Positions 28,025 through 36,666 of a stretch of DNA of 64,000 bases are shown piece by piece (position 1 is the stretch's first letter; every line of letters begins with the position of its first letter). Under the pieces are notes generated by a model. The model was not told the origin of the DNA, made no database searches, and saw nothing but the letters and a program-made list of their open reading frames with translations. Origin of the DNA: Polyangiales bacterium (GTDB lineage: Bacteria > Myxococcota_A > Polyangia > Polyangiales > Ga0077539); NCBI GenBank assembly GCA_044229975.1, contig JBGARZ010000020.1, positions 1-64,000 on the forward strand, read 5' to 3'. The position numbers were made by a program, and so were the translations under genes.

Positions 28025-28942
28025 ATGGGTCAAAGGTCGCGAGTGTCATTCGAGATTGATCGGTTCGGGCGGCGGCGGTTGTTGTTCCTGGGCGGAGCAG
28101 CGGGGGCGACGGGTTGCGGGTCCGCGGGGGCGGGGCCGGTCGCGCCCGACATGCCCGACGCCGATCAGACCTACGTCAACCTCGACGGCGGCCTCGCCTA
28201 CGCCGCCGCGGACGGATGGTCGCCCGGTGCGGTGGGCGTGGACATCGGGCTCGTCGCCGACCTCCCCGTCGGAACGTGGCGCTACAACGCCGGGGCGCGC
28301 GCCATCGTCGCCCGCGACGACCGCGGGTTCTTCGCCTACTCCGCGCTGTGCACCCACGAGGGCTGCCTCGTCAGCCCACCCGGCGCGGACGGCGTCGCCT
28401 CCTGCCGCTGCCACAACTCGCGCTTCGACGGCGAGGGCCGCCCCACCATGGGTCCCGCGCTCACTCCCCTTCAACGCCACGCGGTGAGGGTCGTCGGGGC
28501 TAGGGTCTTCGTCGACCCGTCGTCGCGCGTGAGCACCACGGTGCGCGCCGACCCCAGCGGCACCTCGGACGATGTTCCGTCGGTGGACAGCGGCGTCGAC
28601 CCGTGTGCTTCTGGGGTCGACGTCGGCGAGCTCGCCCTCTTCGCCGTCGGGACGTGGACCCGCCTCACCGCGCGCTCGCTCATCGTCGGCCGCGACGCCG
28701 CCGGGCTCTTCGCGTACTCCGCGCGCTGCACCCACCAGAACTGCCTCATCGACGCCCCCGCCGCCGGGACGGGCCGCGCCACCTGTAGCTGCCACGGCTC
28801 GCAGTTCGACGGCAACGGCCACGTCCTCACGGGGCCCGCGCGCGTCGACCTCGACCACTACCTCGTCGCCGTGTGCGCGGGGCGCGTTCGCGTCGACGCC
28901 GAGCAGGTCGTCGCGGTCACCGCCCGCACGCCGGTCCCGTGA
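28025..28942 (+). CDS. Tat-type lipoprotein with two tandem Rieske [2Fe-2S] domains
   Basis: GRRRLLFL..ATGC; CTHEGC..CRCHNSRF and CTHQNC..CSCHGSQF, each followed by GPA. Confidence 0.9.
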   Translation: MGQRSRVSFEIDRFGRRRLLFLGGAAGATGCGSAGAGPVAPDMPDADQTYVNLDGGLAYAAADGWSPGAVGVDIGLVADLPVGTWRYNAGARAIVARDDRGFFAYSALCTHEGCLVSPPGADGVASCRCHNSRFDGEGRPTMGPALTPLQRHAVRVVGARVFVDPSSRVSTTVRADPSGTSDDVPSVDSGVDPCASGVDVGELALFAVGTWTRLTARSLIVGRDAAGLFAYSARCTHQNCLIDAPAAGTGRATCSCHGSQFDGNGHVLTGPARVDLDHYLVAVCAGRVRVDAEQVVAVTARTPVP

Positions 28943-28966
28943 TCGAAGGCGCCGAGACCTGACCCG

Positions 28967-30550
28967 ATGACCCGCACCTCCATCACTCCACGGCCCACGC
29001 ATCGTCGCTCGCGCGTCGCGCTCACCGTCGTGCTCACCATCGTTGGTTGCGGCGAGGCATCGCCCTCGTCACCGGGCGTCGTCGACCCGGTCGAGCTGCG
29101 CCCCGCCAACGTCGACGTGCGCCTCGTCGAGCGGGCCCCGGTGAGCTTCGCGGCGCTGGCCGTGCCGATGGGCGTCGACCGCGCGTTTGCGTCGGTGGGC
29201 GCCGAGGGCGACGCGCTGCTCGTCGCCGGGGACGGTCGCTTCTTCGCGGTGGATGCGTACGGTGCCCTCGCTCCGCTCTCACGCCTGCCGGGCGACACGT
29301 CGACCATCGACGGAGCCGTGACCGCGCTGCTGCAACGCGCGCCCGGCGAGGCGCTGGTGACGGGCCCATCGGGAGGGTTGCGCCTGCACGACGGATGGGT
29401 CGAGGGAGCTGGTCTGCCGCCGTTGTTGGCGCGCGCGGTGGCCCGCTGCGGGTGGGCGGGCGAGGCGCTGTGGGCGACGCCCGAGGGGGTGTTCACATCG
29501 CAGGGCACCGGGTGGCTGCGGCTCGATCGCGACGGGATGCCGGTGACCGACGCGCGCGCGCTGCTCGCGGTGGGCGACGGGCGCGAGGCGTGGGTGCTCG
29601 GCTCGGGCGGTGCGCTGCGGCGGCTGCGGGTCGATGGGTCGGGCGAGGCGCCGACGGTGCGGTGGTCGGACCCGGTGCCGGGGCTGCGGCTGGACAGCGT
29701 GAAGTCCATCGCGGCGCACCGCGGGTCGCGGTACATCGCGCGGCAGAGCGATCTGGTGCGGGTGACCGCCGCGGGCGCGCTGGAGCGGGTGCGCATCCCG
29801 GGGATGTACGCGGGGCCCTTCGCGATGGTGTCCGCGGGCCCGTGGCTCTGGATGGCGTGGGACGGCGAGACCGAGGCGGCGGTGGCGCGCTTCGACGGCG
29901 ACCACACGGTGGAGGTGCTCGGCCGAGGGGGTCCGTGGCTCGCGCCTGCGCTGGCCGTCGACCCGCTGCGCGGCGACGTCGCGGTGGTGACCGACGGCGC
30001 GGCGGCGACGCGCGTGGTGGTCGCGTCGGCGGTGACGGTGGTGGGCCTCGTCGATGGCGAGACGGTGCTCGCGCCGAGCGTGTCGGTGCTCGCGCAGCCG
30101 CCGTCGCCTTCGCTGGTCGAGGGCGTGGACTTCTCGCTCGACGGGGTGCGCGTCACGTCGGTGGCCGCCGCGCCGTACGCCTGGGGGCCCGACGGGCAGG
30201 CCCGGCGCAACCTCGACCCGCTCGCGTTTGGTCCGCACGAGGTGACCATCGCGGTGCGCTACCGCGGGGCCGCGCCAGTGCGTGAGACGCGCCGCTTCGT
30301 GTACGCGTCACCGCTCGGGCGGGTGCCGACCTACGTGGGCGACATCCAACCGCTCTACGCCCGTGGTTGTGCGCGCTGCCACTCCACCGGCATCGCGCGC
30401 GACCTCAGCACCTTCGCGGCGATGAGCGCGCAGTCGCCGCTCGTCGTCGCCGCGGTTCGCTCGCGCCGGATGCCGCCCGACCTCGCCATCGACGAGGAGA
30501 CCATCCAGGTGGTGGCCGCGTGGGTCGCCGGCGGCTCGGTCGAGCGCTGA
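28967..30550 (+). CDS. Lipoprotein with propeller-like region, Ig-like domain and C-terminal c-type heme motif
   Basis: Lipobox IVGC; VDFSLDG..APYAW Ig-like segment; PTY..DIQPL..CARCH..RRMPP. Confidence 0.75.
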   Translation: MTRTSITPRPTHRRSRVALTVVLTIVGCGEASPSSPGVVDPVELRPANVDVRLVERAPVSFAALAVPMGVDRAFASVGAEGDALLVAGDGRFFAVDAYGALAPLSRLPGDTSTIDGAVTALLQRAPGEALVTGPSGGLRLHDGWVEGAGLPPLLARAVARCGWAGEALWATPEGVFTSQGTGWLRLDRDGMPVTDARALLAVGDGREAWVLGSGGALRRLRVDGSGEAPTVRWSDPVPGLRLDSVKSIAAHRGSRYIARQSDLVRVTAAGALERVRIPGMYAGPFAMVSAGPWLWMAWDGETEAAVARFDGDHTVEVLGRGGPWLAPALAVDPLRGDVAVVTDGAAATRVVVASAVTVVGLVDGETVLAPSVSVLAQPPSPSLVEGVDFSLDGVRVTSVAAAPYAWGPDGQARRNLDPLAFGPHEVTIAVRYRGAAPVRETRRFVYASPLGRVPTYVGDIQPLYARGCARCHSTGIARDLSTFAAMSAQSPLVVAAVRSRRMPPDLAIDEETIQVVAAWVAGGSVER

Positions 30551-30553
30551 CCC

Positions 30554-33500
30554 TCAGCGCGGCACGAACCACCGAAACGCCGTCCCCGTCGACGGCCCGC
30601 GCTCGGCGGCGCCCGGCGCGCCGACGGCGACCCAGGCGCCCGGTGGTGTCGTCGAAGGCATCGCCGCGGCGGAGGCGCCGAAGCGCGTCACGGCGCTGGC
30701 GTCACCGACTGCGAGCAGCCACGGGTTGCCACCGAGCCCCGCTCCCATCGAGCCGCCGCGCCACGCCATCACGGCCCCCGTCTGCGCGACGTGAAACCCG
30801 CTGGCCGACGCGCCGATGAGCACGTCGACGACGCCGTCCCCGTCGACGTCGGAGCCCGCGATGGACGAGGCGAAGGTCGGGTCGACGGCGGCGGTGCTGT
30901 GCAGCACGAAGCGGTGCGGCGCCTCGACGTTCTGCATGCACACCCGGCGGTAGTCGCCGTCCGACCAAAGCGGACCGTTGCGCCCCGCGGGGCAGCGACG
31001 GTCGGGGCAGAGCCCGGCGAGGTAGGCGCCCGACAGCACCTCGACCACCGGGTCGGAGGAGTCACCCAGAGCCCACGACCCCTGCCGCGTCAGCACATCA
31101 GGAACACCATCACCCGTGACATCCCCGACGCCCGCCACGAGCGAACCCATGGAGGTCTGCGGCACGCGGTCGTAGTCGTCGTCGGTGCGCGTCGCGACGA
31201 CGCCCACGCGGTTGTCGTCGAGCCGCGACGCCTCGATGATGAAAGGCAGCTCGAAGGGCGCAGCGTGCCCGCGCGCGCAGCGTGGACCGAAGCCGAACTG
31301 GAGCGAGACGCCCGGCCGCTGGTTGCCCAGGTAGCCCACCACGGCCTCGCTGCACCCGTCGCCGTCGATGTCGCCGATGCCCGCCACGGAGGAGTAGCTC
31401 GCTGCTGTTCGCACCGGCCACCACGGCGCGGTCGCGGGGTCGCCGCACACCACCTGCACGCGTCCCATGGTGTCGTCCGCGCGCCCGAGAATCACCTCCG
31501 CGCCGCCGCCTCCGCCGATGGCCGAGTGCATCACGAGGAGGTCCTGCCGACCGTCGTTGTTGACGTCGAGGGCGTTGGCCACCGCGCCGCCGACGCCCCC
31601 GCGGAGGCCGACCTGCCCGTCCTGCTCGCGGCCGTATACGCGGAAGCCCTCGACGAAGCTGCCGTCCGCTCGCTGGGTGTAGATGCGCACCATGCCCCGG
31701 TTGGCCGCCGAGGCGTCGACGAGCGCGCCCGCGGCCGTGTGCAGGAAGCACGCGGGGTCGGGCGACGGCGCCACCTGTCCGAGGCGCACGACGTCCCATC
31801 CCCCCGCGCTCGCGCTGGCATCGCCGACCGCCACGTCGGTGCGCCCGTCGCCGTTGAAGTCCAGGGTCGTGACCGCCGTGCCGAGCTGCGCGAAGTCGCG
31901 GTTGCCCGCGTAGGTCACCGCCGCGGGTGAGCCGTTGGAGGGGTAGGTCGAGATGGTTCCTGCGCGCGGTCGCACCACGGCCTCGACCGCGAGGTGGGCC
32001 TGCGGCGCGCCCACGAGCGCGTCCCCGGTGCGCCCTGGCCCGAGCGCCCCGAGCGTGATCGATGAGCCAAACGAATCGCCGCCCGCGCGCTGCGGCAGCA
32101 TGAGCGGCGCGCGCGACATCCAGCGGGTCGCCGCGCTCGCCGCCGCGCCCGGCGCGAGCACGTCGACCCCGCCGGTGAAGTATCCGACGCTGGTGGTTCG
32201 CATCGACGCGGTCACCGCCACCGCCGCGGCGCGTCCGGTCGTCGTGCGGTCGATGGCGAGCGCGCTGCCGAGCCCCTCGGTCGCGGCGCCGCTCGTCGTC
32301 CACGTCGGGGTCAGTGTTCCGCTCGTCATCGCGCTCGCGATCGCGGCCGCCGAGAACATCCACACCTGCCCCGGCGAGGCGGTTCCTACGACCCAGCCCC
32401 CGACGAGGTAGTCCGCGGCGCCGTCGCCGTCGACGTCGCCCACGGCGCCCGAACCACCAGCGCCCGCGTTGGTGTCGCCGAAGAAGCGCGCCCGCGCGAG
32501 CGCCGTCGTCACGAAGCGCGGGGCCGTCATCGTCCCGGCGCCGAAGGTGCCCGCCGCGAACGCGAAGACCGCGCCGCGCGACGTCCCATCGAGCACGTTG
32601 GTGACCGGGTTGCGGTGGTACCGCGGCGCGCGAACCATCAGCACCGGACCGCCCGCGGTCGGCACCACCTCGACGCCCGCGCCGAAGTTCGCGAGGCCCA
32701 TCGGCTCGGCGAGGCTGAGCACCCACGAGGGGCGCGGCTCGAAGCCCATGCGACCGAGTCCGCGATACACGATCACCCGCCCGAGAAACTCCGTGCGGTC
32801 CGTCGCCAGCGCCAGCGGAACCCCGATGACGAGGTCGCGCGCGCCATCCCCATCGACGTCGAAGAACGCCGGCGCGTTGCCGACGTAGAGCATCTCCGTG
32901 TTGTGACAACGCCCGGCCATCGGGTCGGGCAGGAAGTACTCCAGCGTCTGCCACGGGGTCGGCTCGAAGGGCCGCCCCGCACCGCCTGATCCGCGGAAGA
33001 TCTGCACGCGCCCGATCGCCGTGCACGGGCTCGTGACGATGGCCGGTCCACGCGCGCCCGGCGCCACCACGACGAGGTCGGCGTTGTCGTCGCCTGCCAC
33101 GTCTTCCAGCGCAAACGCGGCGCCGAAGCGCTCGCGCTCCGCCGCGCCCAGGAGCGTCTGCACCGGCGTCGCCCCGATGCCGTCGGTGTTGCCCGACCAG
33201 ACTTCGACGGTGCCGACGTTGGGGTAGTTGAGGCTGCGATCGCCCGACCCGACGATGACCTCCGCGCGTCCGTCGCGGGTGACGTCGCCGACGGCCAGCG
33301 CGCGCCCGATGAGGTCGTTGGCGCGGGCGCCGTCGACGGCGCTCGTGGGCTCCGCGGGCAGCGAGCCGTCGGGCCTCGCGAGGTAGAGCGCGACCCTCCC
33401 CGCGTAGGGCGCCGCGCTCTGCATCGTGGGGTGGCCCACCGCGAGGTCGGGCCGTCCATCACCGTTCACGTCGCCCCACGCGAGCGAGCCCCACGGCGTT

Positions 33501-34441
33501 CCCTCGCCGCGCACCGCCGGGGTCGACACGAGCTCCGCGCCCACCACGATGCGCACGGAGGCGCTGCTCCCGGTCGCGCGGTCGGTCATGCGGACGGAGG
33601 TCGCCCCGGCGCGCGCGCCCGTCGCGTCGAACCACAGCTCGGATCCCTCGCGCACCAGCGATCCACCCACGGTGTTGTCGAGCGACGGCGTCAGCGCGTC
33701 CGACCCGCCGACCCAGTCGAGCCGCACCCGACGGTTCGCTGGCACCAGCAGCACCGGCACCCGCGGCCGCAGCGCGGCGTCGGCCGTGACCTGGACGGTG
33801 ACCGGCACCTCCTGCGAGCTCGCGGTGTCCTGCACGAGCCAGGTGAGCGTTCCGGATGCGGTGCCCGCGGTGAAGGTCTGCGTGGCCGCGTCGAGCGTCC
33901 CGATCGTCGGGGCTGGCGGGTTGAGCGCCGTCCAGCGGGTCGCGCCCAGCGAGCCCGTCACCGCGAAGCGCACCGACGCGCCGGGCTGCACCCGCACCAC
34001 CGCGGGCTCGACCGTCAGCGGCCCCACCACCTCGACCTGGGCGCTCGCGCGGAGGTCACACGGGCCGTCCTCGGCGGTCACCTCGAAGGTCACCGCCTGG
34101 GCGCCCGCCGTCACCCGGCCGCCGAGCGACACCGTCGTCCCACGCAGCGTCTCGGGCGCCGTCGCGTGGAAGATCACCAGCGCCCGCGATCCGCCTGCCG
34201 TGCTCAGGGACGCGACCGTCCCCGTCGCGAGTCGCAGGCGTGGTGGGTCGATGGTGAGCGGCGTACACGTCGCCGGCTCGCCGCCGTCGATGGCGTCGGC
34301 CGGGCTGACGCCGTCCGTCGCGCAGTCGCAGCCGGCTTCCGGGTGCCAGAGGTCGTCGGTGAGCGCCGCGTCGGAGGGCGCGGGCGCGTCGGCGCAGGCG
34401 GCGAGGAGGGCCACCGCGCCGAGGAGGCCGGTCGCTCTCAT
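30554..34441 (-). CDS. Large FG-GAP/integrin-alpha repeat lipoprotein
   Basis: Lipobox LAAC; many GDVNGDG/DFNGDG/DIDGDG motifs; ATGA overlap with the DUF1501 gene. Confidence 0.88.
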   Translation of the reverse strand: MRATGLLGAVALLAACADAPAPSDAALTDDLWHPEAGCDCATDGVSPADAIDGGEPATCTPLTIDPPRLRLATGTVASLSTAGGSRALVIFHATAPETLRGTTVSLGGRVTAGAQAVTFEVTAEDGPCDLRASAQVEVVGPLTVEPAVVRVQPGASVRFAVTGSLGATRWTALNPPAPTIGTLDAATQTFTAGTASGTLTWLVQDTASSQEVPVTVQVTADAALRPRVPVLLVPANRRVRLDWVGGSDALTPSLDNTVGGSLVREGSELWFDATGARAGATSVRMTDRATGSSASVRIVVGAELVSTPAVRGEGTPWGSLAWGDVNGDGRPDLAVGHPTMQSAAPYAGRVALYLARPDGSLPAEPTSAVDGARANDLIGRALAVGDVTRDGRAEVIVGSGDRSLNYPNVGTVEVWSGNTDGIGATPVQTLLGAAERERFGAAFALEDVAGDDNADLVVVAPGARGPAIVTSPCTAIGRVQIFRGSGGAGRPFEPTPWQTLEYFLPDPMAGRCHNTEMLYVGNAPAFFDVDGDGARDLVIGVPLALATDRTEFLGRVIVYRGLGRMGFEPRPSWVLSLAEPMGLANFGAGVEVVPTAGGPVLMVRAPRYHRNPVTNVLDGTSRGAVFAFAAGTFGAGTMTAPRFVTTALARARFFGDTNAGAGGSGAVGDVDGDGAADYLVGGWVVGTASPGQVWMFSAAAIASAMTSGTLTPTWTTSGAATEGLGSALAIDRTTTGRAAAVAVTASMRTTSVGYFTGGVDVLAPGAAASAATRWMSRAPLMLPQRAGGDSFGSSITLGALGPGRTGDALVGAPQAHLAVEAVVRPRAGTISTYPSNGSPAAVTYAGNRDFAQLGTAVTTLDFNGDGRTDVAVGDASASAGGWDVVRLGQVAPSPDPACFLHTAAGALVDASAANRGMVRIYTQRADGSFVEGFRVYGREQDGQVGLRGGVGGAVANALDVNNDGRQDLLVMHSAIGGGGGAEVILGRADDTMGRVQVVCGDPATAPWWPVRTAASYSSVAGIGDIDGDGCSEAVVGYLGNQRPGVSLQFGFGPRCARGHAAPFELPFIIEASRLDDNRVGVVATRTDDDYDRVPQTSMGSLVAGVGDVTGDGVPDVLTRQGSWALGDSSDPVVEVLSGAYLAGLCPDRRCPAGRNGPLWSDGDYRRVCMQNVEAPHRFVLHSTAAVDPTFASSIAGSDVDGDGVVDVLIGASASGFHVAQTGAVMAWRGGSMGAGLGGNPWLLAVGDASAVTRFGASAAAMPSTTPPGAWVAVGAPGAAERGPSTGTAFRWFVPR

Positions 34442-35889
34442 GGGGTGCCCGCCGGGACGAGCGCCGCGGTGATGGGCGGCTCGCGGAAGCGCTCGGTGGA
34501 GAGGCCCGCGGAGGCCATGAGGGTCGTGGCGATGTGCGCCGGGGTCATGAGCACCCCAGAGTCCGAGGCGCGGTTGTTGACGATGTCCCACGGCACCGGG
34601 GCCATGCCGACGTCGGTGGTGGCGCCGACGACGGTGTTGCCGCGGATGCCCGCGCCGAGGAGCATCAGCGAGGAGGCCGCGTGGTGGTCGCGCCCGCCGT
34701 AGCTGTTGAAGAGCGGCATGCGCGCAAACTCCGAGAAGCCGATGACGGTCGTGTGGTCGAGGAAGGTTCCGCCCGCGGGGTGAGGGGACGAGCGCAGGTC
34801 GTCGAGCAGCGCCGTGAACGCGTTGACGCCGGGCGCGAGCAGCCGCGCGTGGTCGGCGTTGCCCTGGAAGTGCGTGTCGGTGCCGCCGCCGACGGCGACG
34901 CTGACCACCTGGGAGACGCCCGTCTTGATGGCCTGCACGGCGAGGGCGGCGCGGGCCGCGGGGTGATCGAACTCGCCGCGGGCGAAGCCGTAGCGCGCGC
35001 GAATCGCCTGCGCGGCCGGGGTGTCGGCGCTGACGAACTCGAAGTTGCTCGCGACGTTTTCGCGCACGAGGGCGTCGGCGGTGGCGCGCGACTCCCGGGC
35101 GATGGACCAGAGGTCGCGGCGGTCGTAGCGCTGCTCGTCGCACGAGCCTGGAGTCATGGCGCGCCGCGCGAGGGCGGCCTCGACCGCGTCGGGCTCGTTG
35201 GTGCCGGTGGGCGCGAGCACGAGCACCATGTCTTCGGCGTTGCGGACGGAGAGCGCGCTGGTGTTGGCGGGGAAGCGGTCGTTGTAGGTCTCGACGTTGA
35301 CCGAGAGGTTGAGCAGCGGCCGGGCCACGACGCGCGGCGCGAGCAGGGCGGCGACCTCCGTGGCGATGCTCGACCCGCGCGCGCTGGTGCCGACGGGGTA
35401 CTCGCCGGTGAGGAAGTAGCGGTAGGCGACCTCGTGGCCGAGCGCGGACATCTCGATGCCGCGGAGGATGCACATGCGGTCGGCGAAGTCGGTGAGCTGC
35501 ACGCGGGCGCCGACGCGCTGGCCCATCGGACCGAAGACCAGCGGGCTCGCGCCGGCCGGGCGGGTGAGCTGCGCGCGGTACCCGAAGAGACCGTCGATGT
35601 CGGCGTAGCGGGGCTCGATGAGGGTGCGGCTGCGCTCCGAGTCGGGGAAGCGCGCGGGGTCGCGCGGGTCGAGCAGGAGGAGCTGGTCCCAGCCGCCCGG
35701 GAAGTAGCAGAACAGAAACGCGCGCCCCGACGGCAGCGGCAGGTCGGCGTGGGCGAGGCGACTGAACCCGAAGGCCCCGGCCGCGGCGACGCCGGCGCCG
35801 CCGAGCGCTCCACCCAGGAAGCGGCGGCGGGTGAAGGTGAATCCCTCGCGCGCGCGGCGCTCCTGATCACTGGGCCTTCGGATGGACAT
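34438..35889 (-). CDS. DUF1501 domain protein with Tat signal
   Basis: TRRRFLG; FPGGWDQ..DP; DTH; LDHTTVIGFSEFARMP; GRDH; LGAGIRG. Confidence 0.9.
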   Translation of the reverse strand: MSIRRPSDQERRAREGFTFTRRRFLGGALGGAGVAAAGAFGFSRLAHADLPLPSGRAFLFCYFPGGWDQLLLLDPRDPARFPDSERSRTLIEPRYADIDGLFGYRAQLTRPAGASPLVFGPMGQRVGARVQLTDFADRMCILRGIEMSALGHEVAYRYFLTGEYPVGTSARGSSIATEVAALLAPRVVARPLLNLSVNVETYNDRFPANTSALSVRNAEDMVLVLAPTGTNEPDAVEAALARRAMTPGSCDEQRYDRRDLWSIARESRATADALVRENVASNFEFVSADTPAAQAIRARYGFARGEFDHPAARAALAVQAIKTGVSQVVSVAVGGGTDTHFQGNADHARLLAPGVNAFTALLDDLRSSPHPAGGTFLDHTTVIGFSEFARMPLFNSYGGRDHHAASSLMLLGAGIRGNTVVGATTDVGMAPVPWDIVNNRASDSGVLMTPAHIATTLMASAGLSTERFREPPITAALVPAGTP

Positions 35890-35919
35890 CGTGCGTAACT
35901 CCGATCGGGGCGTAAGCGG

Positions 35920-36666
35920 TCAGTAGGTGAGGAAGCGCGTGTCGGTGGCGAAGGCGATGCAGACGGCCCGCCACCCGTCGAGCGGTGTGGCGCGGGGCTG
36001 CGCGACGGCCACGCGAAACACCTCGAGCACACCCTCGACGGTCTCGCTGGTGGGCGCGAGCTGGAGGCCCCAGAGGCGCATCGCGAGGGCGGCGATGTTG
36101 GCGCGCACCGCCGTCTCGTTGGCCGGAACGGTGTCGGTCTCGCTCACGGTGAGCAGCAGGCGGCGCTCGGTCGCGGGGCGCGCGGCGTCGAGCACCACGC
36201 CCCGCGCACAGACGCTGCGGGCGGCGTCGCCGGACAGCTTGCTGAAGGTCACGGTGGGCTCCAGCACCTCGGAGGTCGTCGCGACGAAGTCGGGCCGCCC
36301 CAGCGTCGCCGCGAAGAACTCGATCATGTCGGTGTTGGGTTCGAAGCGCGTCCCGCCCGGGACCTCTGGCGCGGGGAGCTGCCGCGGGGCCGTCCAGCTC
36401 GCGCCGAGGAGCCCTTCGAGCGAGGCGCGAAACTGGTCGATGTCGAGGCGCCGCGGGGCGCGCCCGACGTGGGCGGCGCGCGACGGATCATCGAGCCGCA
36501 GCGGCGTGGTCATGGGCGGGTGGTTGCCGGGCATCACCGGCGTGGCGGAGCCCGTGACCGTGCGGTCGCGGACGATGCCCGGCGGAGCGGTGACGACCGG
36601 AGCAGGAGCGGTGGAGTCGCAGGCGGCGAGGAGGGAGGCGAGCCCGAGGGTGATGGTGCGCTTCAT
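35920..36666 (-). CDS. Hypothetical lipoprotein of the DUF1501 cluster
   Basis: Lipobox LAAC; RRLDIDQF, TLGRPDF, GWRAVC..FLTY; TGATG overlap with upstream gene. Confidence 0.8.
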   Translation of the reverse strand: MKRTITLGLASLLAACDSTAPAPVVTAPPGIVRDRTVTGSATPVMPGNHPPMTTPLRLDDPSRAAHVGRAPRRLDIDQFRASLEGLLGASWTAPRQLPAPEVPGGTRFEPNTDMIEFFAATLGRPDFVATTSEVLEPTVTFSKLSGDAARSVCARGVVLDAARPATERRLLLTVSETDTVPANETAVRANIAALAMRLWGLQLAPTSETVEGVLEVFRVAVAQPRATPLDGWRAVCIAFATDTRFLTY

